Origin: an uncultured Chloroflexia bacterium | GTDB lineage: Bacteria > Chloroflexota > Limnocylindria > Limnocylindrales > CSP1-4 | NCBI GenBank assembly: GCA_963763775.1 | Contig: CAVXPZ010000004.1 | Coordinates: forward strand, 352,001-416,000 | DNA: 64,000 nt | Reading direction: 5' to 3' | Translations under genes and position numbers: made by a program | Notes under the pieces: generated by a model | Databases searched by the model: none | What the model was told of the DNA's origin: nothing | What the model saw: the letters and a program-made list of their open reading frames with translations, nothing else | Part shown: one piece after another, positions 39,060 through 47,758 of the stretch | Layout: every line of letters begins with the position of its first letter | Position numbering within the stretch: position 1 is the stretch's first letter

Positions 39060-39626
39060 ACGGACCAGCGGACCCACGAAGAGGACCGGGCCCTGGCCGA
39101 CGCCGTCCTCGGCGGCGACCGGGAGGCGTTCCGCGCGCTCGTCGACCGGGAGGCCCCGGTCGTGCTGGCGGTCTGCCGACGGATCCTCGCCGACCCCACC
39201 GATGCGGAAGACGCGGCGCAGGACGCCTTCCTCATCGCCTACCGGAAGCTGGGCACGTTCCGCGGCGACGGCCCCCTCGGCGGCTGGCTGATGCGCATCG
39301 CGATCCGCGAGGCCCGTGACCGAGCGCTGCGGCGCCGACCGACGTCGTCCCTCGACGATGAGGCGGGCATGCTGGAGCTTGCCGGCGATGGTCGGCATGA
39401 CCCGATCGCGAGCCTCGAAGGCCACGAGCGCCGGGCCAGCCTGCTGACGGCCATCGCCGACCTGCCCGCCCACTATCGCGACGCGGTGACGCTCCGCTAC
39501 ATCGATGAGCTGTCGTTCTCCGAGATCGCGGCCGCCACGGGGCGCCCGGAGGCGACGGTCCGGACGCATCTGCATCGAGGACTCAGCCGACTTCGCGAGC
39601 GCCTGACCGTGGAGGCCCGTCCATGA
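39060..39626 (+). CDS. ECF RNA polymerase sigma factor (start uncertain: ACG 39060 or ATG 38886)
   Basis: DAEDAAQDAF, WLMRIA (region 2); LSFSEIA..TVRTHLHRG (region 4). Confidence 0.9.
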   Translation, partial: TDQRTHEEDRALADAVLGGDREAFRALVDREAPVVLAVCRRILADPTDAEDAAQDAFLIAYRKLGTFRGDGPLGGWLMRIAIREARDRALRRRPTSSLDDEAGMLELAGDGRHDPIASLEGHERRASLLTAIADLPAHYRDAVTLRYIDELSFSEIAAATGRPEATVRTHLHRGLSRLRERLTVEARP

Positions 39627-40346
39627 TCCGCCCCGACACTCGCGCCGACTTCGACGTGCCGGCGGCGTTCGCCGACTCGGTCATGCAGCGCGTGGCGACC
39701 GCGCCCGCGCCGATGCCCGCCCGCACGTTCTGGGCGGCCGTGCGCGACCGCTCGGCGTTCGACGTGCTCGGGGCCCTGACCGTCGCCTGGCGACTCGCGG
39801 CGCGAGGCGGCGCCACTCCGGTGCTGGTCCGTGCGCAGGCGCTGGCGGTGATCGTCCTCGTCGCCGCGTCACTCGCGGGCGGGACGACGATCGTCGCGGC
39901 GGCGGCGTATCGGACCGTCGCCCCGTTCCTCATCCACGACCGCCCACTGGAGCTCCTGACCGAGGCGACACCGACGGACGTCCCGGACGCGACACGCGCC
40001 CCGACGCCCATCGTCATCGCCGCCCCCGACCACCCGGATGGCCGGCCCGTCGGACGAACGGTCGCCGTCGGGGGCGCGGCGGCCGTCCGACCTGCCGATG
40101 CCCCGGGCCGCGACCGAGCCCCGAAGGCCGCCGAAGGTCCGACCGGGGGTCGCGAGGAGGACGGGATCGACCCAGCATGGCGATCACGGGACCGCCGACC
40201 ACGAGGCAGGCCAGGGTGGCGACGCCGAGTCCGGCCAGGGCGACGGATCCGACGGGTCGAGCGGCGACGGATCGTCCGACGGGTCGGACGGGTCGCACCA
40301 CGACACCTCGACGGAGAACCCCGACCCGTCGGACGGCGGCGACTGA
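39623..40346 (+). CDS. Putative membrane anti-sigma factor with D/G/S/H-rich tail (frameshifted at about 40050-40160)
   Basis: ATGA overlap with sigma; VPAAFADSVMQRV N-terminus; TM segment; acidic tail in the frame ending 40346. Confidence 0.6.
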
Positions 40347-40487
40347 CGGACGGCCCGGCCGAGGGTGACCATCGGCGGTCGCCAGAGGTCCGAACGTACG
40401 TGGTCGATGCTGTCGCAGGCGTCGGCCACGTCGCCTCGTCCCTGGTAGACACCCGGCGACCGCCGGGTACCTGACGAAGACGAGAAG

Positions 40488-41015
40488 GTGGACCAGATGC
40501 CCGACGCTCGAGTCACCAAGGTCACCCGGGGCCTGTCGGTCGCGGCGAGCAGCTCCCTGCTGTTGCTCTCGCTTGCCGGCAGTACGTCCGCCCACGTCGC
40601 CGCCAACGGACGGGTGGTCGACGCGACCAACGACGACCTGCGTTCCCGGATCATGAGCATGGAACCCGACCTCGACGAGAACGAGGTCGAGGACCTGGTC
40701 GACGAGGTCGAGAACGCGCAGGACGAAGCCGACGCCGAGGACGCCGCCAGCGGCACGACCGACCCGGGGCAGTCGATCGAGCCGCGGCGCCACGCGCATG
40801 ACGCGGCGCAGGCCGAGGCGGAGCCCGAGAAGCACGTCGACAAGCCCGAGGCGACGGACTCCCACCACGACAGCGCGGACGACGAGAACGACGACCAGAA
40901 CGACGAGAACGAGGCCGACGACGGCGAGCACGGCAGTGGCGACCATCAGGACGGCCACGACGGCGGCTCGGACGGCGACTCCGGCGACGGATCCGGCGGC
41001 GGCTCCGGCGGCTGA
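40488..41015 (+). CDS. Secreted very acidic D/E/G/H-rich low-complexity protein
   Basis: Signal-peptide-like SLLLLSLAGSTSA; tail DDGEHGSGDHQDGHDGGSDGDSGDGSGGGSGG. Confidence 0.65.
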   Translation: MDQMPDARVTKVTRGLSVAASSSLLLLSLAGSTSAHVAANGRVVDATNDDLRSRIMSMEPDLDENEVEDLVDEVENAQDEADAEDAASGTTDPGQSIEPRRHAHDAAQAEAEPEKHVDKPEATDSHHDSADDENDDQNDENEADDGEHGSGDHQDGHDGGSDGDSGDGSGGGSGG

Positions 41016-41075
41016 CGCGGACGGCGTCATCGATGCATCCAGCCGCGTGACCGTCACGCACCAGGGCGGCCACCG

Positions 41076-41108
41076 ACGAGGCCCCGGTCCATCGGACCGG
41101 GGCCTCGT
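41076..41108. terminator. Strong hairpin between convergent genes
   Basis: Perfect 15-bp inverted repeat ACGAGGCCCCGGTCC-ATC-GGACCGGGGCCTCGT. Confidence 0.7.
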
Positions 41109-41160
41109 GCCATCTTGCGGGAGCGGGTTCGTCGAGAGCCGGTGGCGGGCCGGCCGGCAC

Positions 41161-42846
41161 CTACGCCGGGGTGGCGACCCAGTTCGGCAGCTCGCGCGCG
41201 AGCGTGGCGAGCGGCAGTGAGCCGTGGCCGAGCACCGCGTCGTGGAACGCCCGCAGGTCGAAGTGCGACCCGTCGCGTGCGGCCAGCTCGGCCCGGAGGC
41301 GTTCGATCTCGCGCTGCCCGATCTTGTAGGTCAGCGCCTGGCCCGGCCAGCAGATGTAGCGGTCCGTCTCGATCACCGCATCGGTCTCGGAGAGCCCGGC
41401 GCCCAGGAGGAAGTCGATCGAGCGCTGGCGCGGCCAGCGGAGGGCGTGGAGCCCCGTGTCGACGACCAGCCGGGCCGCCCGCCACGCCTGGGCGTCGAGC
41501 ATCCCGAACCGCTCGGCCTCCGACCGGAACAGGCCCATCTCATCGGCGAGGCGTTCGCTGTAGAGGCCCCAGCCCTCGGCATAGGCACCGCCCACCATCC
41601 GCGACCCGAGGCGGCGGAACCGGTTGAGGTGCGGGTTCTCCATCTCGAGCGTGATCTGGAAGTGGTGGCCGGGCGCGGCCTCGTGATAGGTGGTCGTCGC
41701 CAGCCGCGTATACGTCCGGCTCTCGAGGTCGTACCCGTTCGCGTAGTAGATCCCCGGACGCGAGCCGTCGGGTGCCGGCGGGTAGTAGTAGGCGAAGGGC
41801 GCGTCCTTCTCCTTGTACTCCTCGACCGCGCGAACGTCGCAGGCGGCCTTCGGCAGGACCCCGAAGTAGCGCGGCGCGACAGCCATCGCCCGTTCGATGT
41901 CCTCGGTCGCCCGCTCGACGAGCTCGGCCTTGGACCGCGGGGTGTTCGACGGGTCCGCGTCGTGGGCCGCGCGGTACGCGGTCGTGTCGTCGCCGAAGCC
42001 GGCGGCACGGGCGATCTCGCGCCGCTCGGACTCGATCTCCTCGAGCTCCGCGAGACCGGTGTCATGGACCTCCTGCGGGTCGAGGTCGAGCGTGGTCCAG
42101 CTCCGGATCGCCGTGCGGTACAGGGCCTCGCCATTCGGGGCGGACCAGATGCCGGGGTCTTCGCGGGTCGCGGCGAGGTAGGCGCCCCGAAGGGTCTCGA
42201 GGAAGCGCTGGTCGGCCGGGTAGACCGTCTCCCAGACCATGTCGCGCACGGTCTCGCGGTCGGCCTCGGAGGCGACCTTCACCATCGAGGGGATGATCGC
42301 CTGGTCGATCGGGATCGAGAGCATCCGCTCGATCTGCGCGATGGTGCGCTCGGCCACGATCCGTGGCGCCGTGAGCCCGGAGGCCAGGCCGTCGAGCAGG
42401 GTGTCGGTGTTCGCCGCCATGTATTCGGGATAGGCGCGAAGGCGGGCGATGAACGCCTCGAGCCGCTCGGGCGTGTCCGCCGGCTGGAACTGCGTCATCT
42501 GGGGCAGCAGCTGCTGGGGGCCGTTCATCTGGTCGACGACCCGGAGCTGGTTGAGGTGCTGGTCGTCCTCCTCGAGGATCAGCTCGGCGACGACCTGCAG
42601 CATGTCGCGAGTGATCCGGTCCTCGGTCGAGAGACCGTCCACGGGGATCGCGCGCGCGTCGGCCGCGGTGCGCTCCGCCAGCGCGCGGGCCTTGGCTCGA
42701 CCGACCGGGCCCGGGTCCTCGAGGCGATCGGCGTACCGCTCGTCGCCGTAGAACGTCGCGAGCGTCGGATTGAGCTCGAGCGTCGCCTCCCAGAACCGCT
42801 CCGCGAGATCGTCGACCGGCGAGCCGGTGGGCTCAGGCATGGACAC
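41161..42846 (-). CDS. DUF885 family protein (putative metallopeptidase)
   Basis: HEAAPGHHFQ, EGWGLYSE, RLVVDTGLH and PGQALTYKIG. Confidence 0.9.
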   Translation of the reverse strand: MSMPEPTGSPVDDLAERFWEATLELNPTLATFYGDERYADRLEDPGPVGRAKARALAERTAADARAIPVDGLSTEDRITRDMLQVVAELILEEDDQHLNQLRVVDQMNGPQQLLPQMTQFQPADTPERLEAFIARLRAYPEYMAANTDTLLDGLASGLTAPRIVAERTIAQIERMLSIPIDQAIIPSMVKVASEADRETVRDMVWETVYPADQRFLETLRGAYLAATREDPGIWSAPNGEALYRTAIRSWTTLDLDPQEVHDTGLAELEEIESERREIARAAGFGDDTTAYRAAHDADPSNTPRSKAELVERATEDIERAMAVAPRYFGVLPKAACDVRAVEEYKEKDAPFAYYYPPAPDGSRPGIYYANGYDLESRTYTRLATTTYHEAAPGHHFQITLEMENPHLNRFRRLGSRMVGGAYAEGWGLYSERLADEMGLFRSEAERFGMLDAQAWRAARLVVDTGLHALRWPRQRSIDFLLGAGLSETDAVIETDRYICWPGQALTYKIGQREIERLRAELAARDGSHFDLRAFHDAVLGHGSLPLATLARELPNWVATPA

Positions 42847-42979
42847 GGTGTGGCCTCCTGCATCGGGCAGACAGAGGAAGCGGCCCCGTCAGGCCGCGCG
42901 TGTCACGTAGGGTATCGCGCCCCGCTGGCGGTCGCCTGTCGGCGGGCCGACGGCGTCACGGTCGAGGGCGGCCCGCGAC

Positions 42980-45823
42980 TCAGCCCCCGAAGAGCGGCAT
43001 CTGCTCGCCGGTCCGCTCGATCACGGGATCCAGGCCGAGCAAGGGCTCGAGGTCGTCGAGGTCGGGGTGCTCCGGCGCGAGGAAGCGCCGCAGGTGGTCG
43101 GACTTGATGATGTGGAAGTTGCCGTGCTCGAGCGCCTCGCGCAGCAACGGCGAGCGGCCCAGCTTGTACCGGATGAGCTCGGTCCGTTCCGGGGCCACGA
43201 CCAGGAACCGGATCAGGTTCTCGTTGGCCGGGATCCGCCGGTGGCGGTGCAGCAGCGGCTCGCCGAGCATCGCGGTCCACTCGACCTCGAACAGCAGCGC
43301 GACCTTGCCACGGATGTACCAGAGGCAGTCGACATCCTCGAGGACCTCGGCCGGACGCGCCACGGCGCCGAGGTATGCCCCGAGCTCGCGCTGGTCGAGC
43401 CGGTCGCCGAGCAGCCTCCCGCCGGTCCGCCGGCTGTGCTCGCGACGGGCGATCCAGACGCGCATCCCCAGCCGATGGCCGGCATCCGCGAGCGTCGCGA
43501 GCAGGTCGGTGTGCTCCTGGCTGCGCCGGAGCAGGTCGTCCTGCGTGATCAGGCGGTCGGGCGTGCTGGCCATGCTCCGGTAGCTGTCGAGACACGCGCG
43601 GACCAGGCCCTCGTCCGGCAGGTCGTGGCCGGTGAACAGCGTGGCGATGCGCTCGAAGAAGGCGGGCTCCGAGAGCGGTCCGGCCGTCGACAGCAGGCTG
43701 AAGACGGCCCACTCCACGCGGTCCGCCAGCGGGATGGCGGCCGCCTCCTGGTCCTTGGGGTCGCCGAGCCACCATCGTCCAGGCTCGATCTCCTTGAGGC
43801 GACCGTTGGTCGGACGGGTCATCTCGTCGCGGACGAGTGCCAGGAGCCGCTCGACGGGGTCCTGCGCCGACTCGCCGGCGGACGTGGCGCGCGAGACGGT
43901 CGTCGTGTCGGGTGGCGCACCGATGACCCGATCGGCCGCGATCGGGCGGTGGCCGGCCGCGCCGCCCGTGCCCGAAGCCCCCGACGCGTCGCCGCCCGAC
44001 CCGCCATCGCGGCCGTTCGCGTCCGGCTCGTCGCGGCCCTCGGTGGCGGCGCGGTCGTCGCGGTCGTCGCTGCGGATGGATGCGGCGCTCGTGGCGGCGG
44101 CGAGGCGGCGAAGCTGCCCCGCGCGATCCAGACCCACGAGGACCTCGCCGAGGAGCCGCTCGTAGCGGGCGGGCTCGCCACGGGCGCGCAGCGTCTCCAC
44201 GGCCACCTCGGTCACGGTCTTCGCCGCCTCCGCCGCCGAGAACGGCCGTTGGTCGAACCGCTCCGGCGCCGAGAAGAGCCCTGGCCCGGGGACGAGATCC
44301 GGGTCGCCGGGTCCGCCTGGGACCGGCGGCAAGGTCACGTTCGAGCGCGTTCGTGGACCCGGCGGCCGCGCGGCGCCGGGCGGCAGGAACTCCACCACAC
44401 CGCCGGCGTCGTCATCGCCGCCGGCGAGCCGGGCGCTCGCGAGCCGGTATCCCGCTCCCGCGCCGCCGAGGACGGCCGCGGCGAGGGCCTCCGGGCCACC
44501 GTCGACGAGCAGGACCGCCCGACCGTCGCGGGCCATCGCCGGGGCCGCGGCTTCCATCGCCCGCCCGATCGTGACGGCCTGCCAGCTCCACGGCGCTCGC
44601 AGCGAGGGTCCGGCGAGGGCGTCGATCGGCAGGAGCGACGAAGCCTCGCGGCCGAGGACCCACGAGGTCGCGTGGTATGCCGCGCCGAGGCGCTCGAGAC
44701 CGGGTCGGACCGGCGGCTGGCCGAGCACCAGTCGGATCCGCGGCGCCGAGGCCGTCCGGCCGTACGCCTCCGGGTCGTCGCGCAGGAGGCGCAGGCCCGA
44801 CGGGCTCGAGAGCGCCAGCACCGCCGTCGCCGTGCCCTCGCCCAGGCTGCGCAGGTCTTCGCCGAGCCGTGCCTGGAGCGGGCCCAGGGCGCCGCCCTCC
44901 AGCCGCTGGACGAAGCCGCGGACCAGGCGGAAGGCGTCCTCGAAGGCCAGCCATGGGTTGCGTTCGCGCCACTGGGTGGCCGTCGGGAGCCGGACGTGGC
45001 CGCCACCGATGCGGAGCGCCGCGGTGCGCCCCTGGGTGGTCGCGAGCCGGCTGGCGGGCAGCACGCTGTGGAGGAACGCCAGGCGGAGCGCGGCGAGGAC
45101 CGGCGCCGCGCGCAGGTCGCCCTCGATCCGCTCGAGGATGGCAGCGAGTCCCACGAGCTGTCGCGGCGTGTGCAGGGCGAGGAGCTCGTCCACGAGGTTC
45201 TCGGCGCCGTCCACCGGGGCGAAGCGAGTCCGCAGCGCGGCCCGGACCTCCTCCACGCCCACGTCCGCGCGGGCTCGCGCCAGGTCGTCCGCATCGAGCG
45301 GTCCCTGCCGCTGTTCCGACCCGCCGCGCTGGTCGCGGCAGACCGTGCACCGGTAGTGGCGGGCGATCGCCTCGGCCTCCACGACGTCGCTCGCGGCCGG
45401 ATCCGCGCCTTCGGGGATCCCCCACACGATGTCGTCGACGACGAGCATCCGCCCGCACGTGGCACAGCGGGTCGCGTAGAGGTCGCCGAGCGAGACCTTC
45501 AGGCTGGACTCGCGACGCGGGGAGGCGGCCATGCCCTGGAAGGCGGCATCGAGGTGGCGGACGTCGGGCGGACGGAGGACGACCTCGGCGAGCATCCGCG
45601 TCAAGGGCGACGACTCGAGCGAGATCGCGCGTCGCTGGCGGTCGACGGCGGCGCGGGCGACCCATCCGCCACGGCCGAAGAGGTCGGCGACGACGTCGCC
45701 CGCGCTCGAATGCAGCTCGATCCGGGCGGCGACGAGGCCGGGCTGGGGCGGCGGGGCGGCCTTCTCGAACGCGGGCAGCGAGAAGCCGGGCTGGAGGTTC
45801 GAAGGCGCGGGGCGACCCGTCAT
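42980..45823 (-). CDS. Degenerate Zn-ribbon adenine DNA methyltransferase-like protein with C-terminal restriction-endonuclease-like domain
   Basis: GDVVADLFGRGG (motif I-like), CATC/CTVC, ERNPW, LVLGQPPV (motif IV-like) and DVDCLWY..FEVE. Confidence 0.65.
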   Translation of the reverse strand: MTGRPAPSNLQPGFSLPAFEKAAPPPQPGLVAARIELHSSAGDVVADLFGRGGWVARAAVDRQRRAISLESSPLTRMLAEVVLRPPDVRHLDAAFQGMAASPRRESSLKVSLGDLYATRCATCGRMLVVDDIVWGIPEGADPAASDVVEAEAIARHYRCTVCRDQRGGSEQRQGPLDADDLARARADVGVEEVRAALRTRFAPVDGAENLVDELLALHTPRQLVGLAAILERIEGDLRAAPVLAALRLAFLHSVLPASRLATTQGRTAALRIGGGHVRLPTATQWRERNPWLAFEDAFRLVRGFVQRLEGGALGPLQARLGEDLRSLGEGTATAVLALSSPSGLRLLRDDPEAYGRTASAPRIRLVLGQPPVRPGLERLGAAYHATSWVLGREASSLLPIDALAGPSLRAPWSWQAVTIGRAMEAAAPAMARDGRAVLLVDGGPEALAAAVLGGAGAGYRLASARLAGGDDDAGGVVEFLPPGAARPPGPRTRSNVTLPPVPGGPGDPDLVPGPGLFSAPERFDQRPFSAAEAAKTVTEVAVETLRARGEPARYERLLGEVLVGLDRAGQLRRLAAATSAASIRSDDRDDRAATEGRDEPDANGRDGGSGGDASGASGTGGAAGHRPIAADRVIGAPPDTTTVSRATSAGESAQDPVERLLALVRDEMTRPTNGRLKEIEPGRWWLGDPKDQEAAAIPLADRVEWAVFSLLSTAGPLSEPAFFERIATLFTGHDLPDEGLVRACLDSYRSMASTPDRLITQDDLLRRSQEHTDLLATLADAGHRLGMRVWIARREHSRRTGGRLLGDRLDQRELGAYLGAVARPAEVLEDVDCLWYIRGKVALLFEVEWTAMLGEPLLHRHRRIPANENLIRFLVVAPERTELIRYKLGRSPLLREALEHGNFHIIKSDHLRRFLAPEHPDLDDLEPLLGLDPVIERTGEQMPLFGG

Positions 45824-45889
45824 CGGGGTGATGCTAGCCCACCGGTCCCCCGGCGGGCGAGCGGCCGCAGGTCATGCGGCCATCGGGAC

Positions 45890-46748
45890 CTACGGCTCGT
45901 CGAGCTCGTCGGGCTCCTCTTCGAACGCCTCGTCCGTGGTCGACTCCGGCGGCAGGACGCGATCGAGGTCCTCGATCTCCTCGTCCTCCTCGTCGTCCTC
46001 GAGGTCCTCCTCGAGGTCCATCTCCTCGCGCACGAGGGTGCCCTTCGTGTACGGGCGGAGGTCCGTCGACTTGGCGGCGGTCGGGAAGCTGACCTTGCCG
46101 TAGTTGCGCGGGTCCTGGTAGACCTCGCGGATGATGATCCGGACGTCCTTGTCGCCGAGGGACGTGACGCCCGCCGCGTACTTGTTCCCGTCGGCCATGA
46201 GCTTGAGCAGGCGGGCGGCGACGCGCGGCTCGACGACGCCGATGCGCATGCCGTTGCTGAACGCGATGAGCCGGTTGCCCTCGGGCGTCAGCTCGACGTA
46301 GTCGCCCGGGTTGACCTGGGCCAGCTGGCGCGGGTCGGCGAGGTCCGTCAGGAACGCGAAGCCGGTCTTGCCGGTCTCCTCGACGAAGATCGAGACCGGG
46401 GCCTTGCTCCCCTCCTGGGCCGGCACCGTCTTCTCGCCGGCGGTGACCAGGAGGACCTTCAGGCGGTCGATGTTGCGCTCGGCGATGCGGTTCGTCGGGT
46501 CGAGCGCCAGGGCCGTCTGGTAGTGCTCGCGCGCCTCGGCCAGCGAGCCGAGCTCCCAGAGCGACTTGGCCAGACGGTTCTCCGCCTCGGCGTCCGGACC
46601 CGAGTTCCAGGAGCTTCCGGTTCGTGGCGGCGGCGTCGGCCCACTGCGCGCTCGTGGCCTGGGCGATGGCCTGGTCGGCCAGCTGCCGCTTCGTGCGCGT
46701 GAGGTTGACGGGGCTCTGGTCCTTGGTCTCGACGTCGGGGAAGGTCAC
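45890..46748 (-). CDS. TPR + HIRAN-like domain protein with acidic tail (frameshift at about 46600)
   Basis: GGAG then GTG at 46748; TPR helices; GDYVELTPEGN..IGVVEPRVAARLLKLMADGNKYAAGV; D/E-rich C-terminus. Confidence 0.7.
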
Positions 46749-46908
46749 GTGGGCGGTCTCCAGGTTCGGGGCACGCGACGATCGGCGTCGGCCGTCGCGG
46801 GCGAGGCGCGCGGCCGTGATGGGCCACTGCGCGGGCATCGCTTTCTAGCACCGTCCGGCGACGACGTCAAACGACGTCGCCAGTGTCGCGGTCCTCTCGC
46901 TCCGGTCG

Positions 46909-47758
46909 CTACCCGCGCAGCAGGAGATTCCAGGCGATGACCGCCACGCCCAGCACGGCCAGCAGCAGGGTCTGCCAGATCCAGTTCGCGTCGCGCCGTC
47001 GAGCCGGTGACGCCCCGATGAACGTGTCCCACAGGTAGAACGCCAGCGTGAGCAGTGCCGGACCCAGCAGCCGCGGGATCGCGATGGCCCGCAGGGCCGC
47101 GGCGGCGATCGCGATCGCGATCCCGTACGTGGCGGCGGCGAACAGGGCGCTGCGCAGCGAGACGACCCGCAGCGCCGCGGCTCGGTACCCGAGGAGGAAC
47201 GCGATGATCGCGTCGCCAACGGCGAGGACCAGGAGATACGTCTCGGAGAGGGGCGCGGTGACGCCGCCCTCCGGGTTCGCCTGCACGAGGCCACCGGGCA
47301 CCATGGCGGCGACGCCCGTGAACGCGATGAAGGCGATGACCAGGATCGTCACGAGCAGCGACGTCCGGTCGGCGACGCTGAGGCCCTCGGGCGAGGTCTC
47401 GATCCGGGCCTCGACCGCGAGCGCCCGCGCGACGATCAGGCCGGTCAGCAGGAGCGCGGGCGCCAGCCACAGCCCGAACGGCACCAGCCGGATGGCCCCG
47501 AGGCACCCGACCGCCGCGACCGACGGCAGGATCAGGGCCTCGATCGCCACGCCGGCCGCGGCGTCGGCGGCCGGGATCTCGTCGGCGAGCACCTGGAGGG
47601 TGCCGAAGAGCATCGCGATGAGCAGGAAGACCGCGATGACCCAGACGACCGGGCGGCTCGGTGAGGCGGGACAGCCCCACGACGGTCACCGCCAGGAGCG
47701 CGAGGTCGCGACGCGCCGTCCGGTCCTGCATCGCGGCGATGGTACGCGAGGCGGTCAT
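46909..47758 (-). CDS. Multi-pass membrane protein of unknown function (frameshift at about 47650)
   Basis: ATGA overlap with the polX stop; 8 or more hydrophobic segments. Confidence 0.75.

Noticed and set aside
43067-46702. Very long ORFs such as 43067..46702 (+), 1452..4034 (-), 51183..53729 (+) and most of 53345..57160 (-)
   Set aside because: Antisense or off-frame shadows of real genes caused by high-GC stop-codon scarcity; R/G/P-rich with no motifs. Only the MBL segment of 53345..57160 is real
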